From positions 62,001-105,570 of the forward strand of contig JAVECO010000074.1 of the NCBI GenBank assembly GCA_051942205.1: a stretch of DNA of 43,570 nt, given 5' to 3'. This document shows, piece by piece, positions 10,326-22,800 of the stretch. The position numbers and the translations under genes were made by a program. Every line of letters starts with the position of its first letter. Position 1 is the stretch's first letter. Under the pieces are notes generated by a model. It searched no databases and had not been told where the DNA came from. It saw only the letters and a program-made list of their open reading frames with translations. The DNA comes from Coniocarpon cinnabarinum. Taxonomy: Eukaryota.

Positions 10326-11969
10326 ATGTCAAACCCACCACCGGACGCCTCCACCACTCTCGCTCTCGCCAACCTCGCTCGCGACCGCGCCCTCCGCACA
10401 ATCGCAGTCCCAACTTCCGACCCAGACGTGCGCGCCGCCCTCCGCCGCCTAGCCGAACCCATCACCCTCTTCGGCGAAGATCCCTCACTACGCCGCGACC
10501 GTCTCCGCCGCTTGACCCTAGCGCGCCAAGAAGCGCAAGAAGGCGACGGCGATGTCGACATGCTGGGCGGAACCCCCGAAGACGAGGAGGAAAAGGAAAA
10601 AGAAGAGGAGTTTTATACGGAGGCGGGACCAGAGTTACTCGATGCGCGGAAGAGTATCGCGCGCTGGAGTTTGAAGCGCTCGGCGAGGGCTGTGGCTTTC
10701 CAGAGGAATATAGAGAGTGCGTTTGCGATTGAGGATCATCGTGCTGTTAGAAATGGGGTCAAAGAGGAGCTTAAAGGATTTGAGCTTTGGGGCAGTCAGA
10801 CCGCGCCGCGACCGGTCAGCGTGGTGCGGTTTCCAAATGGGTACGCGAATCCCAGTCCCGATGTTTTGGCTGTGGGCGATTGGAGCGGCGAGGTGCGGAT
10901 TCTGAGCGTGCCGGATTTGGAGACGAGGAGGTCACTGCGAGGTCACCAGGATAAAATAAGGGGATTGGCGTGGCATCCGCAATCGCGTGGGTTGTTGGAT
11001 TCCGGAGGCGTGAAGAAGCAGCCGCTCGACATTGCTACGGGTGGTAGCGAGGGGAGTGTACATCTTTGGTCGTTGGATCCTCAGTCCGATGAAGACGTCG
11101 ACATGACGGCTGACGACTCCACCGCCAAACCCACTCCGAAACCACAATCAAACGATCTCAAACCCCTGCATACAATCCAACCACCCCTCGATCCCGACCC
11201 CGCTTCCCGAGCCATCCGCTCCCTGTCTTTCCACCCCTCAGGCGAATACCTCGCCATCGCCTCAGAAGACACAACGTTCCATCTGTATTCCCTCCATCAA
11301 CCCCCAACGATCCCCACCACCTCACTCTCACCCTCCGCATCATCGACTGCCCCTCAGCTCGACCCAACCAACCTCGCAACCCACGACGCCCACACCCACG
11401 CCCCTCACACCCTCACTTTCTCCCCCAATGGGTCTCTCCTCCTCTCCGGCGGCGCCGATGCCCACGGCCGCATCTGGGACCTCCGAACCGGTCGCACGAT
11501 TATGCTCCTATCGGGCCACATGCGCGAAATCCACTCCTCGTCGTGGGCGCCCGACGGCTTCCGCGCGATCACAGGGAGCGCTGATGGTTTTGGGATTCTT
11601 TGGGACGTACGTATGGTACGAGAGTGGGCGAGATTGCCATTGCATAATCGTGGGGTTACTGACACGATTTGGTTCCATGGTAACGGCCGCGAAGGCGTTC
11701 TCGGCGCTATGAACGGGCATGTCAATGGAAACGGAGAGGGAAACGGCGATGGAGGCGGAGAGGCACAGATTCCGGCGAAGGCGGGGACGTTCATTCTTTC
11801 GGCGGGATTTGACAAGGAACTCGCTTTTACGAGTCCGGATGATGGCGTCCCCATCAAACGACTGCAGGGGCACAACGGACACGTGTTGAGTTGCGACGCC
11901 ACGGGAGATGGAAAGTGGGTTGGCAGCGGAGGATACGATCGCACTATCAAGATCTGGGGTGTGTCTTAA
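10326..11969 (+). CDS. PRP4: U4/U6 snRNP protein Prp4 (PRP4/SFM domain + WD40 repeats), 547 aa, intronless
   Basis: AVPTSDPDVRAALRRLAEPITLFGE..RRDRLR splicing-factor motif, EEFYTE, WD40 repeats (GRIWDLRTGRTIMLLSGH, SGGYDRTIKIW). Confidence 0.9.
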   Translation: MSNPPPDASTTLALANLARDRALRTIAVPTSDPDVRAALRRLAEPITLFGEDPSLRRDRLRRLTLARQEAQEGDGDVDMLGGTPEDEEEKEKEEEFYTEAGPELLDARKSIARWSLKRSARAVAFQRNIESAFAIEDHRAVRNGVKEELKGFELWGSQTAPRPVSVVRFPNGYANPSPDVLAVGDWSGEVRILSVPDLETRRSLRGHQDKIRGLAWHPQSRGLLDSGGVKKQPLDIATGGSEGSVHLWSLDPQSDEDVDMTADDSTAKPTPKPQSNDLKPLHTIQPPLDPDPASRAIRSLSFHPSGEYLAIASEDTTFHLYSLHQPPTIPTTSLSPSASSTAPQLDPTNLATHDAHTHAPHTLTFSPNGSLLLSGGADAHGRIWDLRTGRTIMLLSGHMREIHSSSWAPDGFRAITGSADGFGILWDVRMVREWARLPLHNRGVTDTIWFHGNGREGVLGAMNGHVNGNGEGNGDGGGEAQIPAKAGTFILSAGFDKELAFTSPDDGVPIKRLQGHNGHVLSCDATGDGKWVGSGGYDRTIKIWGVS

Positions 11970-12580
11970 CGACGGTCTGCAGAAAAGCTCCACGCGAATG
12001 GAAGCGTCGACCTTGCGTCATGGAAAGAGGATGCCATTCGCCGCATCACTGGCACGATTAACATGAGCGATCCATTGTCACCCCTCTGAGAGCGGTTTCA
12101 GGTAAGAGACCGCACGGCGAAACAAGCTCACGCAGCAGCGATGTCACACCCCTATATCATCCACTAGCTGCATCATCCCTTCGGCAGCGCGCCCCGTCGT
12201 AAAACCACATCGCTCACACTTTCACCGCGCGACCAAGCTCGCGCCCTCCTCCCATCCCGTTCCCCGAGTCTATCCAGACGTACGAAGCAAGGCGCCCAGC
12301 CACACTGATCCTCGCGCTGTAAGACAGACGCCGCGCCACGCTTTGTGTGCTCAGAAGGCGCCATCGCGCCATGAGATCTCCGAACCCGAAACTCAGACGC
12401 AGAGGCTCTGATTACCCAAGCTCGTCGTCAAGCTCGCGGAAGCACAACGCCCCGCGCAAGGTCTCGCGCTCCCGACTCGGACCTTTGAAGAAATTTCCAC
12501 GAGGCCAAACATAGGTCGTAGGCTTCGCGACGCCACGTCTGCAATATTCGGGGGTAAGAAGAGGGTGGAGGCTGTTACTC

Positions 12581-12636
12581 AGAGAGGAAAAAAAAAAGGG
12601 AAGGGAAGAGAAGAGAAGGGAGAGAAAGAGAAAAGA
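12581..12636 (+). repeat. Polypurine (A/G-only) tract between the convergent PRP4 and RdRP genes
   Basis: agagaggaaaaaaaaaagggaagggaagagaagagaagggagagaaagagaaaaga, followed shortly by three GCTGGA units. Confidence 0.75.
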
Positions 12637-13548
12637 CGTCGCGCTGGAGCTGGAGCTGGAGCAGCGATGAGAGCGTCCGCGACGAAGCGATCCAAGTCCT
12701 GACGTGTCAAAGGGCGCAGCCGAACGACGAAGAGGCCGAACGGAACTCGACGGTGCTGAGCTGCGCCGCCGCGTCTTCTTCTGGAGCCTCGTCGCGATGA
12801 AACGCCATGACCGGTCACGACTCTGCATTCCATCGGAAGCCGCCACTATCAGCCATCACTGGAAGTTGTCACGGACGATCAACGCTAAGACGCGCCGCTG
12901 ATCCACCCTCTGGGATTTCTCCCCGGCGATGGTTCCTGATGACTCGCATTACATCTTGCGTCATCGCAAGGGCGACGAGGCTGTTCCAGATGGCGCTCAT
13001 GCAGAGCATCCTCCCCAGCAAGGAGTTCGAATTGCTGGAAACAGATGCGAAATCAACAGCCTGGTCGAAAAGCAAGGGGAAGAGGGTGTAAGTGCAAAGA
13101 ACTAAAAAGGCAATTAAAATAAAAACACGTTTTAAAAGCATGCAAAATTTTTTTCTCATTTTCTATGTATCGCGCTCACCGCCCATCACCAACATAGACA
13201 CCGCCGACGGCAGTCACAAAGCCAGCTGAGGCGTGTTGAACGCTGAGCGGGCCCATTACGTCATTTGATGTATCATCACCCAGAACTGACCGATCGACTG
13301 GCCACGCGAGAGGTTGAACTACAAAGCATGGCGCGCCAACTGACAGAGATCGGTGCAAGCTGAGCGAAGCTGAGACTGAAGTGAATGGAGCTGCCACCGG
13401 CTCAGATGAATCGAATTAAAAAGAATACTCATACAGAAGTCATGGTCGTAAATTCGTAACGCATGCGACGATGGCCGAACCCAAAAGAGCGACTGAATGC
13501 CGAACCGGAGGGACCCAAGGGCCCCTCGTATGAAGGGGTTGTGTTTTG

Positions 13549-16500
13549 CTAGTGGGATACGCTCTCGTTGTCGTCGTCGTCGTGGGACTTATCGCCTTGA
13601 GCGCTCATCAGCGCAGCAAGACGGGAAAGGGGGTTTGGAGATGGACTGATTTCCATCTCCTCGTCGTCGACTTCATCATTGTCGTCGGATTGGACGACGG
13701 TATCGTCGGCAGCAGGTGACTGCACAGCGTCATGACCCGAGTTCGATGGATAATGTGACGGATTGTTATGTCCATTGACCACCGCTGATGGACTAGATTC
13801 GTCCACCAGACGGTGGTCAATGACCCCGTCGGCATGCTCGGGGCTAGTAGCGACAGTATCGGCCGGAGAAATTAGGCCGGCGCGTTGTGACGCGTGAACT
13901 GGACAGAGGGACGGTTCAAAGGTGCTCTGAGCACCATAAGGGTCGTCCATGGGTTTGGTGATACCCAGGAATGGGTCATCTGCTGACAAGGTCGCCGGCG
14001 GGTTGAGTGGGAAGTCGGGGGCCGCAAAGTCGATCAGTAGTTGTGCTTCGGCGTCATTACTAGGAGCAGTGGACGAGGTCTCTGGGATGAGAGTAGCTGG
14101 TTTGTGCTGCTCGGACGGGATTCGCTGCTGGCCTTGTGTATTCAGTTGCTGTAAATCGTCTTGGTCGAGGAGAGAGTGGGAGTGGGGGTTAGCAGAGTCA
14201 GAGTCTAAGAAGCCGGGGACCGGCAAGAGAGTTGTACTAGAAAGGGCAGTAGCGTCGTCTGGGTGGGCGCCTTCCCCGAAGTGGAAGTCCGTGACTCCAC
14301 CTTGGTCATCAGCGTCGAGAAGAGTCACAGCTGCTGGGTGTGCACCTTGTGCTCCGTCCCATGGGTGCGTGATCACGCCAGCCTCAGGCAGTGCAATCCG
14401 GTTCTTGGCCATCTGGCCGAGCTCGTGGTCGAACAGCCATGGAAAGCTCATCATTGGGCGCTCCGACGGCGCCAGGTGCACGTCCGTAACCGATGCGTAT
14501 CCGTACGTCTCCGTGATTTGCCGCATCTCCCCCGTCACCTGTTCGCTCGTCACCCAGTACATGGCCGCCACGAACGGGTAGAGTCGGTGCGCTTCGCGCC
14601 CACCGGCTTTCTCGATGCACACCTCACGGTATTTGTCCTTCTGGCCGTTGACCAGGTTGCCGATCTTGGACTGAAGCTCGTACTCTTTGAGCCCTTTGCC
14701 ATGCTGCAACACGAAGCCCGTCCAGATTTCGGCCTCGTTTTCGATCTCGAACTGAGCCATGATGCGACGGAGCGCGGCATCGTATCCGTTCTTCAGCACC
14801 CGGACAACTCTCTCGAGCTCCTCGTCACGTTGGTGGAACCGGAGCACTCGGTGATCAAACGGTTTGTGTAACAACGGCGAATAGGGGACACGCTCCACGC
14901 GGTCGTACAGCTGGCCCACCACTGAAGCCGACGTGTAGATTTTGTGACGCGGACGATTCGACTCGAGGAAGTGCGGGTAAAGGCGTGGCTGAAAGCGCTT
15001 GAAGAGCTTGCCAGAGGCCGGGACGCCGGTCTTCGGGAAATCTACCGCCGTCGAGTGCAGTTCGGCCAGGCTTTTGCACACTCGTGTCTTGGGCCCACCC
15101 TCCAACTGATCTGCCTGCGCCAACCACGCGTTGGCGATCTTGCCAAGAGAGTCCTGTTTCATGTGATTGACGAAGAACACCTTCAGGTCCTCTTCGGTGA
15201 TGTTCTCCCTCCATTCGGGTACGGCGGCTTTGTGTTGCATGGCTTCATGATTCCACTCTTCGACGGGAGGGATCAATTCTTTGTCCCATGTGATGAAGTA
15301 GTCATCGCCATCCAGGTCACCACCGGAGCACATGCTCGGAATATCAGTGTCCCCAGTCTGTGGGAAGACCACGACGTTTCGAAGGTGTCGGAGGTGAGGA
15401 TTGTCTACTGCCTGTACAATGCGAATGTCTCCAGGATGCAGCGAGGGGTTGCGAGCAAGCACGCAGACACCTTTGACAACGCGCAATGATGTTGGGTCCC
15501 TCCGGTTCGGCACTTGGAGGAAGATCTGTGGTAGGGAATCGAAAATGTCTTTCGACGCGTTATTCTGAGCCGCAACGACAGCATTCACCGGACCGCGCAG
15601 GGTCTTCGTTTCGTCGGTAACGCCCATCACGAAAGCACCCTTGTCAATTTGAATGCCGGCCTTCTCTTTCAGCTTCTTGTGTGACCAGGCTCGCCAGAGC
15701 ATTAGAAGAGCTTGAACGAACGGCTCGTCCGCCTCCATAAACCCTGTCACTACCATGTTCCTAATAGTCAGGGTCATAGAATTCACATCGACTCGTTTCC
15801 GCAGCAAGTGGCTGGCCTTCTCAGCATCATGCATAGCGTCGTTGATGTCGACAAGCATCTTCTCCAATCGTTTCATGAAGATCTCCTCCTTCACCCCGAG
15901 ACAGGCCAAAATGGTGATTAGTTGCCGGTTCAACTCCGGGCAGACGTACAGCGCAGGGCGAATAATTTCAAGCTTGGCCCGCTCCGCACTGAACTTGTTT
16001 TGACTGGGTCGAGTGACAATCCGCATACCTTTGAGGTCCGGCCAGCAAGCTAAAACACCTTTGATGCCCCCCATCCGAAACTGAAATGCGGAAGGACCGT
16101 TGCGAAACTTCATTTGGTCGTTGACCATATCTTTGAGAAACATGGACATCTTGCCCACGCCATCAGTAAAGCAAATTGTACCGTTGCTACCTGTAATTTC
16201 CACGTCCTGGGTCTCTTCGACCTGAGGATTGCCGTCAAATTCCCGAGTAGTAGAGAAGCATTGGCCCATGCGAGCGTTGAGCTTGGCAACGTAATGCATG
16301 TCACGGAAGTTACCCATCTGGGTGCGAATCTGCTGTGCACTGATTTCAGGTGTCTCCGCAAAGAAGTAGACGCCGTGTTCGCGGAACTGGGAGTTCCCAG
16401 AGGCAAGCCAGACATAGTCGCGATCGCCGATGCGGATTCCATGGTTGAGAGTGCGCATGACGCGATTGAACAGGGCCACATTCACTTCAGAATCATCCGA

Positions 16501-18205
16501 AAAAATCTTACCTTCGCCCTTCTCGTCTCGAAAGTTGACACGGATGAAACGATCAGCAAACTTGCTGAATCGGCGAATGATACGATTCGACTCGTCGACG
16601 CTGGGCGTCAGGTACTCCATGGAGGAAGGCTTCACAGTGACGGAACGTTGCAGGATGTGGTTTGCATGCACTTTGGAGGAACTGGGGGTTTTGGGCGGAT
16701 GCAGGGAAAATATGTGCTCGGGTTCAAAAAACCGCTTACCTTTGTCAGCGACATGTTCCAGAAGCTTGACCGCTCGCCTCTCGCTCTTGCTCTTCAGCTT
16801 GGCAATGAACGATGCAGTCAGATTTGTCGGGTTCAAGAGGCCTTTCGATATGCAGACCTCCAGCTGGTACCGGACACTCCACAAGAGATATGGATTGCTG
16901 TCGAGATTTGCAAGCACTGTTGCAGGGGAAGCTTGTCGACTGAGATCCGCATCCAGAGCATTCCAAAATGGCGCGGAAGACATGGCAGAGTCGCTGCGGC
17001 CACTAAATGTAACCCGTGGATCATACGCATTGTCGAAGTTTTGATTATGGTCTGAGAGGGCCTTTAACGCTTGGACACCGATGATGGCGAAGGTCGACTT
17101 CTCAATGCAGAAACAATAGGTTGTGAGAGAGCCGATATTGATGTATGGCTCTGGCTCGTTCAAGCGCAGAGGAGTGTGGCGCTGGAACTTTCCAAAAGCA
17201 TTCGAACACACGGTTGTCCGACGCAGCCAGGCTTTGTTTTGCGTCCAGTAAATTTCCCCTTCTTCAAAAGTCGTCGAAGGGTCCATCTTCTTGAAGAAAC
17301 GAGGCACGATAGATGTTGGAAGACTGATGAAGAGCTCTACGTGCTTCTGAGCTTTGTTTCGTACACCAATGTGCTGCAGCTGCTTGAAAGGTATGTGAAA
17401 CTTGAACTCATGCGTTGCCACGTCAGCACTTCCGCTGGAGGTGCTTGAGGCCTGGTCAGCGGGTGGAGCCGGAAGCTCATCAGTATCGGCTTCCAAGAAG
17501 ACATTGTCAATCGAGAAATAGGCAACAATCTCGTGACGATCAGTATTGACGGTGAGGCGCAATGACTGCGGATCGCTATTGAAGATGCTGCGCTTGACGA
17601 CCAGGTGATTGGGTTTATACTCGAAAGCAAAGTCCAAACGGTTCACGGGACAGGTCTTTTCAATTGTTAGCACTCGAACTATTGGTCTTGAGGGCAGGTT
17701 CCAGCCATACCACAATATTCTCGTAGAGCTGCTGGATGGGTTTACGCAGCTTCAGCGCCATTTCAGCAGGATCCTGGAGCTCAGCTGTGAAGTATGCCGG
17801 GCTGCTGGCGCTCTCGATTCTGTCACGCTGCCAGAAAGGCTCTCGAGGCGGAGGATTGAACATGATGATAGCCACACGAGGCACAAAGTCGTTCTTTGCT
17901 TCCAAAATCTCTACCTTGGCGATGTTGCCAAATTTGTTGAACTCCCCGTAAAGCTCTGCACAGAACATTTCCTGAAAGATCCAGGGAGGATGGCCCTTCA
18001 CTTTGACTTTGACATCTGTCCATGCCCTCCAAGCCTGGCTGTCATGAATGGCGGGCTTCCGATAATGACGCGAGAGATGGCCACGATAAAATCCACGTCC
18101 GGTCGATCCTCTGCCGCCACGCGGGCTGAGGTGCGTAGGAGGGCCGTCATAATGGCCTCTCTGAGCGTGTCCGTTACGAAGAGCGGGACTTAATTGACGG
18201 TGCAT
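13549..18205 (-). CDS. Cellular RNA-dependent RNA polymerase of RNA silencing (~1533 aa), SAD-1/Rdp1-like; exons 18205-17711, 17655-13549
   Basis: Catalytic CSGGDLDGDDY motif; also FTDGVGKMS, PSAFQFRMGGIKGVL, ARNPSLHPGDIR, LAELHSTAVDFPKTG, SNRIIR and an RRM-like N-terminus. GTATGG..GCTAAC..AAG intron 17710-17656 joins the two ORFs in phase 0. Subfamily assignment is inference. Confidence 0.92.
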
Positions 18206-18640
18206 GATGAGGCCAGACGTCGGACGAAAGCTGAAGACCGGAGAGTAGTTGGTAAAGCAGAAGAGCTGAGCGTAGACGAAGTTGAGTTGGCAAGGAGGTT
18301 GAGTTGAGAGGAGAGCGAAGTCTGCAGCACCGAAGTTCAGATGCGGTGAGGTAGGTGAAAAGCTCACTTGACATGATGCGGTGCTGCAGCATGCATGTTC
18401 CTGCTCTAGTGGGGAACGCGTCGCTTGACCGCAAGGTGTGCCGAATGCGGCATGCTATTCCCTGTGGATATGGAGCAGAACTGTGTAATGGAGGCTGAAG
18501 CTGCGGGCGAAAAGAGGGCGGCGAGGAGAGAGCAGAGAGGAGCAGCGGAAGAGGAGATGTTTGCTTGATGAGGAGCCTAGCAACGGGTGCTTGCAGGGGG
18601 GATGGCGCAAGGAGAGCGACAGTGGCATGTGCATTAGCTA

Positions 18641-18687
18641 AGGTACCTGAGGTGAGGTAAGGTAGGTAAGGTAGGTAGGTGAGGTAG
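18641..18687. repeat. Imperfect AGGT(A/G)(A) tandem repeat upstream of the RdRP gene
   Basis: aggtacctgaggtgaggtaaggtaggtaaggtaggtaggtgaggtag; related motifs recur at ~18841, ~19287 and ~19618-19660. Confidence 0.7.
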
Positions 18688-19820
18688 CCACCTCTCCACA
18701 CTGCACGCAGCAGCACACGAGCAAAAGCTCTCGCCGACCTCCAGGCACCTGACTCACGTGATCGTCCCGAGTGTCACTGCTTTGAGAACAGGGCGCAGAG
18801 GGCGAGGGAGGAAAGAGACGAAAAAGAGGGAATGGACGAAGGTAGGTAGCTTAGGTAAGGTCGTCGGAGTGGGGGAGTGGTGGCCGACAATGGGCTAGCT
18901 CAGGGACACGACCAATCCACCAATCGAGCCCCAGCGCCGCGCTCCAGACGAGATTTGCCGGGCCGGAACTTCCATTCGTGAAATGTCGGCGAGGCGTGGC
19001 AAGGTGCAAGGTCGACCGAGGAGATGGGACGACTTTAGGGGAGTGGCAGAGTGGAAATGCTTGGGGGGGATCGGGGGGCCACCGCCCGGCGTCGAAGCCC
19101 CCCAAACTCACCACCTACTCTGCTCACTTCTCACACCCACCGTCCCTCTGGTAGTTACACCCGACTCGTCCCAACACCAGAGCTGCAACACATTGGGAAG
19201 CGGTGGACATCCATTGTCTCCACGCTGTTCCCATCGACCATCGCACCCTGGAATCCTGTATGTACCATGTTGTCCCACCACGCTATGTAGGTACTTACCC
19301 GTCGTGCCCGTGCTGCCATTGAGCGGTGCGGCATTGCAGGCGCCGAGACTCCCGAGCTGCGCCAAATTTCGTGCAACAGAAAAAACAAAAAGTGCCACGA
19401 TGGGTACTACCCTGCTCGCGCCACTCATGTGGACACCGCTCCATCAATTGGCGTCGCGCTTGGGAAGAGGGCATCGGGGCAGCCACGCAGCCTGGCTCGA
19501 GAGGAGAGCGAGAATGCACGTTCAATGCAGCGCCATAGTCGTGGGCCTTGAGTGCATCGAGGCATGAGAATGATTCCATTGTACGGAGTAGGTCATGGTA
19601 TGTGTGCTGGCTCCCTTGGTAGGTACCTCGGTACTTGGCACTTGGGCACGGTAGGTACCTGCCCAACGGATCCAACATCCAACGCCCAAGCTACTGCAGT
19701 GTGGCTCTGCGTTGTGGCACTGCGTTGTGCAAGCCACTCCGGGGCTTATCCGCACCGCATCCTTCACGTGAGCTGCACTGAACAACACAACCGTCGATGG
19801 CCACACAACCTCTCCACCCT

Positions 19821-22800
19821 CTACTCAAACTCTTCAGTCGTGGCATCCAGATCCTCCGTTCGCATCGTGCTGGCTGGTACCTCGTCTCTACTGACGTATA
19901 CATTCTCCTGCTCCTCCCGCCTTCGCATGGCCAAAGGCTGCGGCACTGCCAACGACACGCGTGTTTGACTCTTCCCTTTCAATTTTGCAGGCGACATGAC
20001 TCCAGCTTTTTGGCGGATGGCGGGCATGCTTTTGCGGCTCTGTTGGTTTCTCGCAGTCTCCTGCAGCGGTTCTCGACGATGCGGAGCCACCTTGGCCGGA
20101 GAGTTTGCAACCTGCGGTCGGCCTCGCGTGGACTTACTTGCAGGCACATTGAGTGAGAAGCGTGGCTTCATCCGCTTGGGAGTCGGTCCACTTCGGCTCG
20201 ACGATGAGCCAAAGGAAGAAGCAAAGGCGTCTTCCAACTGTGTGTAAGAAGGCTCCTCGGCAGCTTGCCCTTCTGTCCTCCACCCGTCCAACTCTTCTGC
20301 ACTGTCGGCGTTCATCTCCTGTGTTTGTTGATCTTCGTCAATCGCAAGCAGCTGCTGCATGTTCTGTTGCACGCTTGACCACTTTCTTTGAAGTTTGACG
20401 TTAGCGGCATCCTTTGAGCGCACGTCCCTGGTGAGACCTGTAACACGGCTTTCAAGCTCCGATATTGATTCGTCTCTGCTCTTTCGTTCGGCTTCATAGA
20501 GCGATCGAAGCTCCTCGAGCTCGGTGTCGCGCTCCTTGAGCTCAGAGCGGAGATGTTGTTCAGTGGCTTGAGCATTCGTCCGCGTCGTGTCCAGGTTAGT
20601 CTCCAACTCTAGGCGCTGTTGACCGAGCTCTTTCGCTGCTTGGACTTTCTGTTGCTCAGCAGACATGTTCATTGCCTCGATGCGGTCCTCGAGCATCGCA
20701 ATCCTGCCTTCCAGGGTTGCTGCCTCTCCTTCGAGTCTCCCTCGTTGATCATGCAGCTCGACAACTTGAACCTCCTTTTCTGTAAGCTTCAGCTTCATTT
20801 GCTCACGTTTTTGTTCCAGATCCTCGACCTGTTGCTCCTTTGTCATCAGCCGCATTTGTCTATCGTCGATCTGCTCTGCGAGTTTTGCAAGGGCTGTTTG
20901 ATGTTCTGTTGCCATCTGATGCTCAACTGCCCTAGCACGCTCAGTTTGCTCTTTCATCGAGTCGATTGCTTCTTCCAGCCGACGCTGCAGATCTGCTCGC
21001 TCATCGACCAAGACGGAACGCTCAGTTTCGGAGCGCGCGACATTTTCTTGATTCTGACTGGCGTCACGCTGAAGCCGAGACACCGTTTCTGCTTCGTTTG
21101 CAAGACCCCCCTCCAGTTCGGAAATTCGCGCATGAGCGGCATCTAGATTAGACCGTGTTACGTTGTGTCTCGCTTCCTCTTCCTTCCACGGTTTCTCTGC
21201 TTCCTGGCAACGCCGATCCATGTCATTACAGGCTCTACTGAACAAGCTCATCACGGCGCCGTGATTCTGCTCAGCACTCTGTTGGAGCTCCGTGCGAACT
21301 GCCAGTCGCCAATTGTGACTGTCCACAGGCGGCTGTGGTACTTCAGGCGGCGGAATGTCAGACTTCTTCATTGTAGCGGCCTGCCGACGCGCAGTTTTGA
21401 TACTGTGGGCAGCTAGTGCGTGATCGACCTCCAAGAAGGCTAAGCTAAGATCGGATGAGATCGGACTCTCGCTTATGCGTGAGCCAATGGCTACTTTCAG
21501 CAGTAAGTGAACCAGTGAAGTGATGGCGCCAGTTTTTTGAGGACAAGCAGCATCAATTTGCTCAGTCTTACAAGAGCGTAGCCTCTTGCCCAGATCCTGC
21601 TCACTCTCCTCCTTTCTGGTTATTTCAGCAATCAATTTCCTGAAGCGTTCAAAATCCAACAAATTGTGCATTGCGGCAACCATAGTTCGACTTTGCGCAT
21701 ACACCGTCTCTGAGCACGTCCTTTCGTAGAAGGAAATGGCAAATACTCGAGACATCACTTTTTCAAGAATGCCCACTTCAGATGTTATCTGGTGCTTGTC
21801 AGTATGAGAATTTCGCACGAAGCATAGTTGTCGTACCGCAAGGTATCTCAGGATATCCTGGAAGCCTACTAACTGCGCGGTGACTGTCCAGACGCTGTCC
21901 AGTGCTTCGTTGACGCAAAGTCTACAAGCTTTGATCAAGTTCGCATTGCTCTGTGGGCGTATCAAAGCCAACCTGCATGCTGTAGCCGTGACCTGAAGTA
22001 GTTTGTCAGTAGGTGATGTGCAGAATACAGGGCAACAATAGAACAGCGACTAGCTCGCATCAAACTGACCTGAAGACGTAGCTGAGGTGGGAGATTAGCC
22101 CCGTCAGCTCTCTCGTGAAGTTTCCTCTCCAGCTCCGGCTGCTTATTACATAACCCTTTCAGGATAGTAGGGTCTACTTCTTGGAGTATGCGCGCAGCAA
22201 GTTGAGCGTATTCGCAGGACACCTGGGATTGCAAATCTGACTTTGTACTGCTGACTGAAATGCTGAAAAGCAATGCGTAACGAGCCAGATTCTCTGCGTA
22301 TTTCCCATAAAAGACATCATGCACGTCATTGCAAATCGTGGATTCTGTACTCTCCACTTGCGCTGTGCTATTTTCCTCAGAGCCAGCTAGATGGGAACAA
22401 TGATGGATCACGGCCTGGATAGCCCGAAGCGAAAGGACCAGGGGATCTTTCTCTCCACTTCTTATCGTTCTCGAGAGGTTTCGGACGTGCTCCATAAACC
22501 GCAAAAGTTTGCTAGGAGCCAAAAGCCTAAGCAACGATGGGCCGGCTCCTTCGAGGACATAAAAGATCGAAAACGCGTCATTGCTTTTAGGCTCGGCGTT
22601 CAACTTGTCGAATAGATCTACGAGTGACCTTCCCAGTGTCGCAGGGAGTTCGATATGGGATGGAAGCGGGTATCGCAGAAGCGCCACAGAAGCTTGTTGA
22701 GCGATTGGCACCAACGAGGATGTTGACGAGTGTTCCAGCAGCAAATGTAGCAAGGTCGGTTCTACCTCAAGGAAAGCATCGCGAAAGATTCTTGCCCGGC

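Noticed and set aside
13949..18193. Long + strand ORFs (up to 313 aa) antisense to the RdRP, and similar antisense ORFs over NOP12, PRP4 and MPS1
   Set aside because: Shadow ORFs of GC-rich coding sequence with no recognisable motifs.
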